Numbered from the stretch's first letter, positions 49,694 through 60,351 are shown. The stretch is DNA of 64,000 nucleotides from Candidatus Bathyarchaeota archaeon (GCA_963832745.1 CAWHVC010000001.1:719555-783554), one strand, 5' to 3'. Notes: generated by a model from the sequence alone, not told the origin. Program-made: numbers and translations.

Positions 49694-51079
49694 TTACCTC
49701 ATGGACGGTTTTTTGTAATATTTTTGGATGTATTCAGGTTTGATTGCAGTTAATTCTTCAGGTGGCAAAAGTGAAAGTGCTTCCCAAGCGATTTGCAGGG
49801 TTTCTTCAATTGAACGGTTTTCAGCGGGTCCTTGCTTTATGAGGTGCTTTTCGAAGTATTCACCGAAACGCAGGTAATCTTTGTCTCTGCTGCCTAAACC
49901 TTCTTCACCGATAATTGTAACAAGTGACTTTACCGAGTTATACTGTGCATATGCAGCGTACAGTTGGCTTGCAACGTTAGCGTGGTCTTCTCTGGTGCTG
50001 CCTTTTCCGATGCCGTCTTTCATTAACCGGGATAGGCTGGTTGTGATGTAGATTGGCGGGTAAATGCTCTGTTTTTCAAGGGAACGTGACAAAACAATTT
50101 GTCCTTCCGTGATGTAGCCTGTAAGGTCTGGGATTGGATGAGTGATGTCGTCGTTTGGCATGGTTAAAATGGGCATTTGAGTGATGGAACCTTTCTTGCC
50201 GTGGATTCTGCCTGCGCGTTCGTAAAGACTTGCAAGGTCACTGTACATGTAGCCGGGGTAACCTTTTCTGCTTGGCACTTCTTCCATTGAAGAGCTGACT
50301 TCACGGAGGGCTTCGCAGTAGTTAGTCATGTCGGTCATTACAACTAGAACATGTCGGTCCTGTTCATAGGCTAAGTATTCAGCCAAAGTTAGACCTGCAC
50401 GAGGCGTGATAATACGTTCCACTGGCGGGTCATCAGCTAAGTTGAGGAACATTGCCACGTTTTTGATGGCGCCAGTTTCCTCGAAGCTTTTCTTGAAGAA
50501 AGCGGCATCATCATTTTTTAAGCCCATAGCGACGAATACAATGTTGAAGTTTTCACCAGTACGAATCTGTGCTTGTCTTACTATTTGTGCGGCAAGTTCA
50601 TTGTGTGACAGACCGGGACCACTGAAAACTGGAAGTTTTTGGCCTCGGACAAGGCTGCTTAAGCAGTCGATGCCAGATATGCCTGTTTGGATGAATTCTT
50701 TGGGATACTCTCGAGCTACAGGGTTTAAGGGGTAACCGTTGACGTCACGTTTTTGTTCTGTAAAGAAGTGTGGATGCCCGTCTATTGGTTCGCCGAAACT
50801 GTTCATGATGCGGCCAAGCATCTCTGTTGATACTGGAACTTCTAATGGGTGCCCAAGGAAGCGGGTGTATGTTTCTGTAAGTGATAGACCTGTTGTGCCT
50901 TCGAATACTTGTACGGCTACGGCTTTAGGCATGATTTGGATGACTTTGCCTAAACGTGTTTCACCTGTTTGGGTTTTAACAGAGACAAGTTCATCATAGC
51001 CCACGTTTTGCACGTTTTCTACAACTATTATTGGACCGGAAATTGAAGCTACGCCTTTATATTCTAAACCAGATGCCAT
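49694..51079 (-). CDS. atpB: A/V-type ATP synthase subunit B
   Basis: [39 protein letters not shown]. Confidence 0.97.
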   Translation of the reverse strand: MASGLEYKGVASISGPIIVVENVQNVGYDELVSVKTQTGETRLGKVIQIMPKAVAVQVFEGTTGLSLTETYTRFLGHPLEVPVSTEMLGRIMNSFGEPIDGHPHFFTEQKRDVNGYPLNPVAREYPKEFIQTGISGIDCLSSLVRGQKLPVFSGPGLSHNELAAQIVRQAQIRTGENFNIVFVAMGLKNDDAAFFKKSFEETGAIKNVAMFLNLADDPPVERIITPRAGLTLAEYLAYEQDRHVLVVMTDMTNYCEALREVSSSMEEVPSRKGYPGYMYSDLASLYERAGRIHGKKGSITQMPILTMPNDDITHPIPDLTGYITEGQIVLSRSLEKQSIYPPIYITTSLSRLMKDGIGKGSTREDHANVASQLYAAYAQYNSVKSLVTIIGEEGLGSRDKDYLRFGEYFEKHLIKQGPAENRSIEETLQIAWEALSLLPPEELTAIKPEYIQKYYKKPSMR

Positions 51080-51085
51080 CTTTAA

Positions 51086-52855
51086 TTACCTCAAATTTAT
51101 TTCTAAACTTTCGAAGCTTTCACGAATTCGCTTATCTAAATCATCCAACAATGATAGCTTATCGTTTGGAATACCTGTTTTGATACGCATTATTTCTTCT
51201 GTCACTGGCAGCGAGGTAACTTTAGAGATTGGTAAACCCTTGCTTACGACGTTATCAGCTAAATGATGGAAATCCACTACTAGTTTCAACATTTTGAACT
51301 GTTTTTGGGGTGAACAGTAAGTGTCGATATCATCTAACGCGTTTTGCTGCAAGATTGCAATACGGATGATTCTAGCGGTTTCTAAAATTAATCGTTGCTT
51401 GTCAGGAAGAGCTTCTGGACCAACCAGTTTAACGATGTTTTTAAGTTCATCTTCTGCATGCAAGATACGCATGGCTTCATCTCGGTATTTGCTCCAGTCT
51501 TTATCAACAGTTTGGTGCCACCATTCTGCAAGGTCTGCAACATAGCCGCTGTAACTGTTCATCCAGTTAATGGAAGGATAATGTCTTGCGTCGGCTAATT
51601 CTGCATCCAACGCCCAGAAAACACGGGTGAAACGTTTAGTGTGTTGAGTGACGGGTTCAGAGAAGTCACCACCTGGCGGAGAAACTGCACCTACTGCACA
51701 GATTGAGCCAACACGTTTATCTGAACCTAAGACTTCGACGACACCTGTGCGTTCATAAAATTCTGCTAATCTTGAAGGCAAGTAACTTGGGAATCCTTCT
51801 TCTGCAGGCATTTCTTCAAGTCTGCCGGAAAGTTCTCGGAGCGCTTCTGCCCATCTGCTTGTAGAGTCAGCCATCAAAGCAACTGCGTACCCCATGTCTC
51901 GGTAGTATTCTGCAAGAGTAATTCCTGTGTAGATGCTGGCTTCACGTGCGCTGACTGGCATGTTGCTTGTGTTAGCGATAAGGATGGTACGCTCCATAAG
52001 TGGGTGCCCTGTTGTTGGGTCAGTTAATTTTGGAAAACTGTCCAAGACATCAACCATTTCGTTACCGCGTTCACCGCAGCCAACGTAAATAATGATGTTG
52101 GCGTCTGACCATTTGGCAAGTTGCTGTTGAGTGACAGTTTTACCTGCACCGAAAGGACCAGGAATAGCGGCGCTACCACCTTTTGCCAACGGGAAAAACG
52201 TGTCTATAACGCGTTGACCGGTAATCAATGGTTTGAACGCAGAAAGACGTTTGTTATGGGGGCGGGGGTTTCTTACTGGCCATTTCTGAAGCATTTGAAT
52301 CTCGGATTTTGTGCCTTTAGATTCCACTGTTACAATAGGGTCAATGATTGTGTATTCGCCTTTTGATACAACTTTGACCACTTTACCTGAAACATTGTAG
52401 GGAACAAGGACGCGATGTTCAACAAGGGCAGTTTCTTGGACTGTTCCAATGATATCGCCGGCTGAAACTGTATCGCCAACCTTAATTTTGGGTTCAAAAA
52501 GCCATTTTTTCTCTCTGGAAAGCGCAGTTACACCCTGTGCTGGCTTGATGAATGCACCTGTTAATTCCTTTAAGGTTTCTAGGGGGCGTTCGATGCCATC
52601 GAAAACGTTTCCCAGTAAGCCTGGACCAAGCTCTACTGAAAGAGGTGTACCTGTTCCTAAAACAGGTTCATTTAGTTTAAGCCCAGTGGTGTTTTGATAT
52701 ACTTGAATGGTGGCTTTATCACCATCTAAACGGATAATTTCACCAATTAAGCCTGCCGCGCCTACTTGGACAAGTTCATGCATAACTACGTCGGACATGC
52801 CTGTGGCTTCTACTACTGGCCCAGAAACTCTACATACACTACCGTTAGCTGGCAT
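51086..52855 (-). CDS. atpA: A/V-type ATP synthase subunit A (no intein)
   Basis: GPFGAGKT, GCGERGNEM, DSTSRWAEALRE, SPPGGDFSEPVT. Confidence 0.97.
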   Translation of the reverse strand: MPANGSVCRVSGPVVEATGMSDVVMHELVQVGAAGLIGEIIRLDGDKATIQVYQNTTGLKLNEPVLGTGTPLSVELGPGLLGNVFDGIERPLETLKELTGAFIKPAQGVTALSREKKWLFEPKIKVGDTVSAGDIIGTVQETALVEHRVLVPYNVSGKVVKVVSKGEYTIIDPIVTVESKGTKSEIQMLQKWPVRNPRPHNKRLSAFKPLITGQRVIDTFFPLAKGGSAAIPGPFGAGKTVTQQQLAKWSDANIIIYVGCGERGNEMVDVLDSFPKLTDPTTGHPLMERTILIANTSNMPVSAREASIYTGITLAEYYRDMGYAVALMADSTSRWAEALRELSGRLEEMPAEEGFPSYLPSRLAEFYERTGVVEVLGSDKRVGSICAVGAVSPPGGDFSEPVTQHTKRFTRVFWALDAELADARHYPSINWMNSYSGYVADLAEWWHQTVDKDWSKYRDEAMRILHAEDELKNIVKLVGPEALPDKQRLILETARIIRIAILQQNALDDIDTYCSPQKQFKMLKLVVDFHHLADNVVSKGLPISKVTSLPVTEEIMRIKTGIPNDKLSLLDDLDKRIRESFESLEINLR

Positions 52856-52858
52856 AGT

Positions 52859-53488
52859 TTAAAGCTCTCCAAACAGTTTTTTCGCTGCCTCAACACGTAA
52901 AATGGGTTTAAGTTCACGCAACTTGTTATCTAAAGTTGCATCAAAGATTAGTTTATCATCAGCGGTGTGGATTTTACAGCCCCCAAGATAATCTTCCGTT
53001 TTATCGGATAATTTCAAGTCGAGATGCAACTTGGCAGATAAATGTTTCAGCGTGATTTGCTTTATCCACTCATAATCTTTGCTGTTAACTTGAAGAACCA
53101 AGTTTTTTTGGCCAAGTTTATTAGCCGCATCTTTTACGATTTTAAGAAAATAATCATGATACTCTTCACTTTCAACGAAGTCTTTGATTTTAACAAGAGC
53201 TTTTTCGAAAGCAACATCTACTAAGTCTTCTTTGGTTTGAAGCAAACTGTTGCGTATGTCCACTTCAGTAACGGAAGCTATTTTTCGTTTTTCAGATCCA
53301 ATTTTTACGTTTGCTTGGCTGAGTATTTCTTGATAAGTCTGGTCCGCTTGTTCTTTAGCTCTGCGTAGAGTTTCTTTAGCGTTATTTTCAGCTTCCAAGA
53401 TTACAGCTTCTGCTTCTTTTTGTGCAGCCCCAATTACTTCGTCTGCTATTGCCGAAACGCCATTTTTGACATCCATTTGTTTGTTCAC
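52859..53488 (-). CDS. atpE: A/V-type ATP synthase subunit E
   Basis: Helical N-terminus, LGGCKI...DATLDN; position between F and A. Confidence 0.88.
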   Translation of the reverse strand: MNKQMDVKNGVSAIADEVIGAAQKEAEAVILEAENNAKETLRRAKEQADQTYQEILSQANVKIGSEKRKIASVTEVDIRNSLLQTKEDLVDVAFEKALVKIKDFVESEEYHDYFLKIVKDAANKLGQKNLVLQVNSKDYEWIKQITLKHLSAKLHLDLKLSDKTEDYLGGCKIHTADDKLIFDATLDNKLRELKPILRVEAAKKLFGEL

Positions 53489-53796
53489 CTTACTGTGATG
53501 CCTAATATTTTGCTGATAATATCAGACAATTGAGCCCTGTTTGACGTCCCCTTGCTTGAAGGCACCTCGACAATTAAGGGGGTCATGCGTTCCAGACGCA
53601 CTTTATCAATTTTTTCACGAATAGAGGGTTCGTTTGAGAATACGTCACTCATTATTAGGACAGCTATGTCATTGCGATTGAGTGCATCGTTTAGTGCTTT
53701 TTGTGTTTCATCAAGAGAGGTTACTTCGACCCCTTCCACGCCTACTAAACGGAAACCGGTGAGCATATCATTGTCCCCAATTACGTATCCATTCAT
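53485..53796 (-). CDS. atpF: A/V-type ATP synthase subunit F
   Basis: VIGDNDMLTGFRLVGV, PLIVEVP, ILGI. Confidence 0.92.
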   Translation of the reverse strand: MNGYVIGDNDMLTGFRLVGVEGVEVTSLDETQKALNDALNRNDIAVLIMSDVFSNEPSIREKIDKVRLERMTPLIVEVPSSKGTSNRAQLSDIISKILGITVR

Positions 53797-53854
53797 ACTA
53801 TTCGCCAGATATATGTTTAAATCTTGGAGCTATACAAATGAGTTTGTCATAAAA

Positions 53855-55891
53855 ATGTTGCTACCTGAAAGAATGACTTCAACATCAATTATCTGCGTAA
53901 AAAAAGATATTGAAGCAATATTTGAAACGTTGAGTGACTTTGGCGAATTCCATTTAATAGAAGAAGTTCAAGATGACAACATGGACCTTTCTGAATATAA
54001 AAGAAACATTCAGAAAATAGAGGAAGCCATAGCTAATGTTGACGCTTTAACCAAGCAGTTTATCAATGAAAAAGTAAACCTTTTAGACATTTTTAAAGAC
54101 ACCCAACCGACAAAAACTCTTGTAACCGCAAATAATTGGCACACACTTTCAGAGTTAACTATCCAAAAAATCTCTGAAGTAGTTAACGAAACTGGGGAAG
54201 CAAAAGCTTCACTAAGCAGCATGCACAAAGAAGCGGTTCAACTAAACCACGCCAAAGACATGCTGACAAACATGGAAGCAATGAATGCAGACCTTGCAAC
54301 CATGAGAGAACTAAACCTGATTCACGTTATCTTTGCAAGTATACCAATCAAAAACATGGAAGGCTTACAAACAGCAATTGCCAGTTACCCAGTTTATCTA
54401 AATCAAAGCAAACTGTACAAAGATTCCAATTTTATCTGTGTAGCAACTCCCAGCATGCATTACGCTGACGTTGACAGAATTTTAAAAACGTATCATGCAG
54501 AAATTTTTCAGGCGCCAGAAAATTTGCCTGATAACATGGCAGAGGCAATCAAAGAAGTAGACAAGCGATTAAAAGAAAACGCTGAAAAAGAAAAAGAGTT
54601 ATCTGCCAATCTCTGCAAAATAGGCGGAGATAACAAAAATAATTTTGCGGTTTGGAAAGAAACAGCGGAAAACATTTTGGTCCTTTTAAAGACAAAAACT
54701 AAGATTCTACAGTCTGGGCGACTTGCAACCATTAAAGGGTATATTCCGCAGGACAAATTCAGTCAACTCAGCGATAAATTAAACAAAATGCTAAACGGAA
54801 AAGTTGTTGTGCTTAAAAATGAAGAAACAACAACAGCTCCAAGTGAGGCTCATACGGTTCACGCTCAAGTAGCACCTCCCACTAGAATATCGCATAACAG
54901 GTTTGTTAGGCCCTTTGAGGAATTAACAAAACTTTACGGGTTACCCAAATACAATGAAATAGACCCCACCCCAATAATGGCTATTACATTCCCGATTCTC
55001 TTCGGGTTAATGTTCGGCGACCTTGGACACGGCTTACTCCTGCTAATAGGCGGGTTAACAGTAGGCAAACTAATTAAGAAGAACCAGGGCATGAAAAACC
55101 TGTGCTACATCATGGCAGCCTGCGGTATCGCCGCCTGCGTTACGGGGGTATTATTCGGCGAGTTTTTCGGTCAACAAATATTTGAGCCGTTATGGTTTAG
55201 TCCATTCGAGGACATATTCACTTTCCTAATCTTCTGTCTGTACGTGGGTATAGCGCAGATACTGATTGGTTTAGCAATAGAAATGGGCAATTACATCGTG
55301 AACCACCACATCGTAGACGCAGCATTAACATCAATTCCAAAAATGGCATTCTTCATAGGCGGCATCTACATAATCTACAATTACCAACTAAACTTCAACG
55401 CATGGCTCAGTGGCCCAATCTTAGCAGCCATAATTCCGTTTGTCATCCTAATCGTCGGCAAACCAGCATACTTAGCTATAGCGAAACCAGCAAACTACGA
55501 ACCCGAAGAAATGGATGGCATCGCAAATAGACTATTCGAAGGCGGAGACTTCTTCACAAGACTACTAAGCAACACAATTTCATACTCAAGAATACTTGCA
55601 TTACTCATGGCACATTGGGCATTAATGCTTGTAATCTACACCATCTCCGGTTTAGTAGGCACTGCATCTATTCTGTCTATAATCCTTAGCACCATCATAA
55701 TCCTTGGCGGAAACATTTTCGTACTTGGACTGGAAGGCTTAATCGTGTTCATTCACACCTTAAGACTCCACTTCTATGAATGGTTCAGCAAATTTTACAC
55801 TGGCAGCGGAACAGCATTTACTCCCATACAACAGAAACATAACTACACCAACGTGGTCTTCGAAAAAGAAGCAACAATAGAACAACAATAA
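53855..55891 (+). CDS. atpI: A/V-type ATP synthase subunit I (a), opposite strand to the rest of the cluster
   Basis: Start MLLPERM; YNEIDPT, FGLMFGDLGHG, SNTISYSRILAL, HTLRLHFYEWFSKFY. Confidence 0.95.
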   Translation: MLLPERMTSTSIICVKKDIEAIFETLSDFGEFHLIEEVQDDNMDLSEYKRNIQKIEEAIANVDALTKQFINEKVNLLDIFKDTQPTKTLVTANNWHTLSELTIQKISEVVNETGEAKASLSSMHKEAVQLNHAKDMLTNMEAMNADLATMRELNLIHVIFASIPIKNMEGLQTAIASYPVYLNQSKLYKDSNFICVATPSMHYADVDRILKTYHAEIFQAPENLPDNMAEAIKEVDKRLKENAEKEKELSANLCKIGGDNKNNFAVWKETAENILVLLKTKTKILQSGRLATIKGYIPQDKFSQLSDKLNKMLNGKVVVLKNEETTTAPSEAHTVHAQVAPPTRISHNRFVRPFEELTKLYGLPKYNEIDPTPIMAITFPILFGLMFGDLGHGLLLLIGGLTVGKLIKKNQGMKNLCYIMAACGIAACVTGVLFGEFFGQQIFEPLWFSPFEDIFTFLIFCLYVGIAQILIGLAIEMGNYIVNHHIVDAALTSIPKMAFFIGGIYIIYNYQLNFNAWLSGPILAAIIPFVILIVGKPAYLAIAKPANYEPEEMDGIANRLFEGGDFFTRLLSNTISYSRILALLMAHWALMLVIYTISGLVGTASILSIILSTIIILGGNIFVLGLEGLIVFIHTLRLHFYEWFSKFYTGSGTAFTPIQQKHNYTNVVFEKEATIEQQ

Positions 55892-55922
55892 AAAAGCCCT
55901 TTTTTGGGCAAAAACAATTTTT
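55892..55922. terminator. Possible terminator between convergent atpI and atpC
   Basis: GCCC-T6-GGGC hairpin flanked by A and T runs. Confidence 0.35.
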
Positions 55923-56978
55923 TTAATAGTTCAACAGGTAATTTTGTATTTCTTCAGGCTTTAACATAGCATCTATACTCAAAGTTAAAGCAATCAAATT
56001 ATGCACGTCAGCTTCTTTAAGGGTAATAAACGCTAACGGCGCGCCAATGTTAAAGACGTCAAGAAGCACTCGTGACTTAGCATACTGCAGCACTGCATTC
56101 TTGAAGGCTTTTTCAGCAGCAGAAATGGTTTCTTCGGGCGTGCCAGCGGTGACAAAGTATTGTTTGTATTCGGTTTTTTCAACAATTTTTAAAGCCGCAT
56201 CATAATCTATCGCGAACAGCAGAGACTCAATAGTATGTTCATTAAGGGTAAAGCAGTTAGTCGGCAGGGTCACTCTTAGCCAGTCAGAATCGTAACCTAA
56301 AGCTTTTCCACGCAGAATAGTCAACAACAAAAAGCAATCAACACTCATGCGGGCATAAAACTTTGCGTGCGACTGCTCTAACTTAGGCAGTTTTTTGTAA
56401 ACGCTGCAAAGTTTGTCAAAATATTGCCTATCAAGCAAGACATCAAAATGAACCGCTGAACCTGCCTCCTCATATTTTCTCAATCCTAAGCTCAAGGTTG
56501 AATTGTATTGAGTTTTTTTGAAGGCTTGAACTAACTGGGATACAGCAGAAGCTTTAGCGGCTTCCTCCATAATTGCTTGATTATTGAAGTATTCTTCAAC
56601 TGGCATGTACATTCTTGAAAGCTTTTCTTCTGGAGTCATCTTGGCAAGAGTTGCTTTTATGAGCATTTTTATGTGTTCAATTTCAAATCTTTCCAAGTAT
56701 AATTCAAAGAAGGGTTTCACGTTTTTTGGCAGATTCTTTAGCAGCATGATATAGGTGCTATGAAGGTTTTCGTTGAATGCACGTTCAAGTTTTCGGCTGG
56801 TAAACGGTGTAGACAGTTTGCTGATTTGCTCCTGATAAACTGTATCCCGAAGTTGACCCACAAAATCAGAAAGACCCTTACTGTCAGAAAGAGCCTTAAT
56901 TTTTGTGTCACTAAGCAGCCCTTTCCGTTCTACCCCAATTTTAGGCAGAACCTGAGCATAATTTCTTGTCTGCGTCAA
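55923..56978 (-). CDS. atpC: A/V-type ATP synthase subunit C (d)
   Basis: LERAF, RFEIEHIK, LDRQYF, ILRGK, LKEADVHNL; 351 aa in the ATPase cluster. Confidence 0.85.
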   Translation of the reverse strand: MTQTRNYAQVLPKIGVERKGLLSDTKIKALSDSKGLSDFVGQLRDTVYQEQISKLSTPFTSRKLERAFNENLHSTYIMLLKNLPKNVKPFFELYLERFEIEHIKMLIKATLAKMTPEEKLSRMYMPVEEYFNNQAIMEEAAKASAVSQLVQAFKKTQYNSTLSLGLRKYEEAGSAVHFDVLLDRQYFDKLCSVYKKLPKLEQSHAKFYARMSVDCFLLLTILRGKALGYDSDWLRVTLPTNCFTLNEHTIESLLFAIDYDAALKIVEKTEYKQYFVTAGTPEETISAAEKAFKNAVLQYAKSRVLLDVFNIGAPLAFITLKEADVHNLIALTLSIDAMLKPEEIQNYLLNY

Positions 56979-57293
56979 CTAGTTTGCCTCAAGAACAGCG
57001 TCTACAATTACCTTAACAGCTTGATCAATATGTTTTTTAGCGCCCGTTTTTAGCTTCGTAATTTCCGCTTGATTTTCTTTGAGCTGAGTCTCTCGTTCCT
57101 CATTAGCCTGAGCAACCGCATTTTGGTAAAGTTTTTGTGCTTCTACTTCGGCGTTGGCTTTGCGGGTATTGATAAGTGTCTGTGCGTCTTGTTGCGAAGT
57201 GGCAATTATTTGTTTAGCTTTACTTTGAGCTTCAGAAGTAATCTGCTCGGCTTGAGCTTCAATCTTTTTTAGCTCACTCCAAACGTTCTCCAT
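56979..57293 (-). CDS. A/V-type ATP synthase subunit H/G (peripheral stalk)
   Basis: 104-aa Ala/Glu/Lys-rich helix ending AVKVIVDAVL, directly upstream of atpC. Confidence 0.75.
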   Translation of the reverse strand: MENVWSELKKIEAQAEQITSEAQSKAKQIIATSQQDAQTLINTRKANAEVEAQKLYQNAVAQANEERETQLKENQAEITKLKTGAKKHIDQAVKVIVDAVLEAN

Positions 57294-57408
57294 AGTACCA
57301 CAGCGGCATAGGTTCAGGATGGGCTTAAAGTCTTTTACGGTTTATAAAACTATTAATGATACATCCAAAACACGCTTAAAATATAACAGGTTGAACCAGC
57401 AATTGGAA

Positions 57409-57909
57409 CTATTCATTTCTGCTTTCTGGGTTAACTATTTTTGGATCAGCAAAATAGTCTGTTATCCAAGCTTTGATTTCATCTCTTGAACGGCGAAAAG
57501 CGGCAATCTTTTCGTCTTCAGTTCCTTCAACTTCGGAAGGGTCACTAAAACCGTGAACTACATAGTTTCTTGTTTTATGCAGTTTTGAAGTAATAATAAG
57601 CGGTCGCCCACTCATTGAAAGGGGTGATGAGCAAAGCATACAGAGTGTTTTTGCACTGCTAAGGCAAACGGAAACTGCCAAGTCAATTTCAGTATCGGTA
57701 AACTCATCTAAACTTTTTGAGTAATGCTTTGAAATGTCAACACCTATTTCCGCCAAGACCTTAATTGCCAACGGGTTAACCATTGTCGGGTTTGTTCCTG
57801 CGCTAAAAACTTCATATTTATCTCTAAAAATGTGCCTAAGTAACCCTTCAGCCATCTGTGACCTAGCAGAATTGTGAGTACATATAAAAAGAATTTTTGG
57901 TTTAACCAT
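57409..57909 (-). CDS. arsC: Arsenate reductase (LMW-PTP fold) with an insertion
   Basis: ILFICTHNSARSQMAEG, SAGT, FSDP, FRRSRDEI; start MVKPKIL behind GAGGT. Confidence 0.85.
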   Translation of the reverse strand: MVKPKILFICTHNSARSQMAEGLLRHIFRDKYEVFSAGTNPTMVNPLAIKVLAEIGVDISKHYSKSLDEFTDTEIDLAVSVCLSSAKTLCMLCSSPLSMSGRPLIITSKLHKTRNYVVHGFSDPSEVEGTEDEKIAAFRRSRDEIKAWITDYFADPKIVNPESRNE

Positions 57910-58078
57910 AGATAAGACCTCAACGGGTTGAATTAAAGACGGTTCTCGCCTATAAAACGCTCCCAAAGAGTAAACGAGTTTAGCGTCTTTCTTAATAGCA
58001 CATGATTTATGAACACGCTGAAAAAACCCTAACATGTTAGTGGAAAACACTAAATTTTGCGTTCACTTATACAGCCCT

Positions 58079-58396
58079 ATGAAAATCGTTAAAGTTGAAG
58101 AAGCAAAGACCTTCCAAAACGCTCACATGGCAGATGCCAGAAAAATTTACCAAACCACAAACGCGGAAGTAATTCACATGACATTAACACAAGGACAGAC
58201 ACTTAAGAAACACACAACTCCGGTTGACGTTTTCTTCTACATCCTTGAGGGCAAAGGCGTTGTTGAGATTGGCGATGAATCCCAAGAAGTAGAAAAAGAT
58301 GCCATAATTGATAGCCCCAAAGGCGTCCCACACTTGCTGCGAAACAGTGGAGAAAACGCTTTCAGATTCCTTGTCGTAAAACTGCTAAATAGTTAA
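58079..58396 (+). CDS. Cupin domain protein
   Basis: KHTTPVDVFFYILEGKG, SPKGVPH. Confidence 0.85.
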   Translation: MKIVKVEEAKTFQNAHMADARKIYQTTNAEVIHMTLTQGQTLKKHTTPVDVFFYILEGKGVVEIGDESQEVEKDAIIDSPKGVPHLLRNSGENAFRFLVVKLLNS

Positions 58397-58441
58397 CATT
58401 TGAACAGAGGCAGACAGAGCCAACAACAAAAAACAAAAAGG

Positions 58442-58651
58442 TTAGGGGCAGCAGTTGCAACTGTTGCAGCTTTCTTTGTCATTATCGTTAAGATATTTTT
58501 TGTGCCACTTAAAATTGTCACAGTTACCTTTGGATCCACAAGCCATGCAGGGGTCTTCACGGGAGGCTTCATTAAACATGTCAATCAGCGTTTTCTCGAA
58601 TACAGGGTCAAGATTTAACTTTTTTACTTGCTTCTCAAATTCACCTGTCAA
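58442..58651 (-). CDS. Small Cys-rich protein
   Basis: PCMACGSKGNC...SCNSCNCCP; 7 Cys in the C-terminal half. Confidence 0.6.
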   Translation of the reverse strand: MTGEFEKQVKKLNLDPVFEKTLIDMFNEASREDPCMACGSKGNCDNFKWHKKYLNDNDKESCNSCNCCP

Positions 58652-58749
58652 CCTTGCATAATCTCCTTGCTAATTTTTACACGTTAGCAGTTTATTAAAG
58701 CTCGCAAAGGAAAAAGCAGAATCTGTTGGAAAATATAGGAAAAAATAGT

Positions 58750-59301
58750 TTACCAGCTGACTTTATATCGGCAAATGTTTCCGCGAGTTTTTCGGCATTC
58801 ACCGTCTACATGTCTAACCTGAGCGGTGGGTACAAAACGTTTTGCCATGCCTTCAACTATTCCAATGTTAAAGTCGCAAGGATAAGGATTCATCGCTTCC
58901 ACAAACCCTTCATGGGCACCCGTCTTTTGGAATTTGTTGTAACCGATTTCGCCTCCTCGATGATTCATTTGGTAGGCCTTTGCCGATTGATTCTAAACCG
59001 GTTTCAATGGAGTTTACCTGTGGAGGAAAATTGGCTGTTTCAGGAATTTTTTTACAAATCATTTTAAGGTTTAGGCTACCATATTTTTGCTGGATTTTTT
59101 TGAGGAAGTTTAACCTTTTTTGTTGGGGGTACATTGGTTGGGGTTGGGTTCTGAGGGCAGGTTTTCTTCGGCGAGTATTTTTTCGGTTAGGCCTTTAATT
59201 GCGCTTCCTTCAAGTGTTGCATTTATTGTTGTGCCGTTTACTTCGACGGTTGGTTGAGATGCTTGGTATTCTGTTATTATGCTTGTTTGTTTTTGTGACA
59301 T
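58750..59301 (-). pseudogene. V4R-like ligand-binding protein, two frameshifts (~59134, ~58979)
   Basis: Three ORF pieces join to VEVNGTT...Q(W)YPQQ...KIPETANFPP...AYQMNHRGGEIG...NPYPCDFNIGI...CRK..CRYKVSW. Confidence 0.8.
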
Positions 59302-59349
59302 AAAAACTGTATAGAATAGTACGACATAACAGCGTTTTCAATGTAAACT

Positions 59350-59615
59350 AAATAGAAACTGTAGAATCAACCGCAATCCAGTTGTTATCAACCAAATACT
59401 TTAGTTTAGGCTTAACAGGCAACTTAATCGAAACAACCGTCCCGCCACCTGCACCAATGCCTCCGACCGCGATTTGTCCCTCATACTCGTCTATAACACG
59501 TTTACAAATTGCCAACCCCACCCCCTTTGCTTTAGTAGTCGTTAACGAGCAAAAATCGTGGGCAAAAGCCAGTTAGAAATACCAACCCCCGTATCAACAA
59601 AGGAATCTGAAGGCA
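59350..59615 (-). pseudogene. Histidine kinase HATPase_c C-terminal remnant
   Basis: SFVDTGVGIS..LP.IF, frameshift, TTKAKGVGLAICKRVIDEYEGQIAV...GTVVSIKLP. Confidence 0.75.
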
Positions 59616-59798
59616 AAATTTAGCTTGCTAAACACAAAAACTATTAAAAACTTAATTGTTCGTTAATTTATAAAAATTATTTTACGGATTTGAGTTCAGA
59701 GTGCAAATTTCTTTTGTTTGCAGGATAAATTTAGAGTTTGCGTAACAAAACACTTATTCATTTCGAAGCATTATAGTAAGGAAAAAGGTTGATACGTT

Positions 59799-60035
59799 AT
59801 CCCCAAAAAAAGAGCTCCAAGAAACGCGAAAAATAAAGGTAAAGGCATACAATATCCAATGGAAATTGGAAAAGAATACGAAGTGGACATAATCAATATG
59901 AGCCCAAACGGTGAAGGCATCGCCAAAATAAAGAATTTTCCAATTTTCATAAAAGGCGCAAAACTCAATGAGCACGTAAAAGTAAAAATAACTGCACTAG
60001 TCAGCGGCGCCGCAGACGCTGAAGTAGTCACGTGA
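59799..60035 (+). CDS. Single TRAM-domain RNA-binding protein (absent from ORF track; start ATC 59799 or ATG 59859)
   Basis: PMEIGKEYEVDIINMSPNGEGIAKIKNFPIFIKGAKLNEHVKVKIT...ADAEVV*. Confidence 0.88.
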   Translation: MPKKRAPRNAKNKGKGIQYPMEIGKEYEVDIINMSPNGEGIAKIKNFPIFIKGAKLNEHVKVKITALVSGAADAEVVT

Positions 60036-60351
60036 TAAAATTTCTTTAACATACTTATTTGCCTAAGCCCCTCAAGTTTGCACCAAAAAGGTGCAGTTCC
60101 AAAGACGCTTTTTCTTTTTACCTAAAACTGTTGAATTTAGAAATTAGGCTGTACACTTCTTAGAGTGCATGAAGATTTGGAACCTCAAAAAATGAACAAT
60201 AAAACATGAAGAGTTTGCTGGGGTTTTCATTTTAATGGAGAAAAGAAAACTTTCAACAATCGCTTATAAAAGCAATTAGAGCCCACTCAGCCCCTCCATG
60301 AATTTAATTTTTTAAAAAAAAGGAAAAGTTGATTTTGAATTTTCACGCATT

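Noticed and set aside
53552-53854. 101-aa N-terminal extension of atpI in the ORF track
   Set aside because: It is the antisense of atpF; the subunit I sequence begins at MLLPERM (53855)
53797-55922. Invertible (phase-variable) atpI cassette
   Set aside because: No inverted repeats at the two boundaries and no recombinase nearby
57910-58078. Overlapping N-terminal extensions of arsC and the cupin gene
   Set aside because: Better starts at 57909 and 58079 leave a normal divergent promoter region
59754-60052. Two minus-strand hydrophobic ORFs (73 and 93 aa)
   Set aside because: They are antisense to the clear TRAM-domain gene on the plus strand
60075-60175. Possible structured ncRNA (TGCACC-A5-GGTGCA hairpin) after the TRAM gene
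   Set aside because: Single short hairpin followed by T-runs; more simply a terminator, with no evidence for an RNA gene
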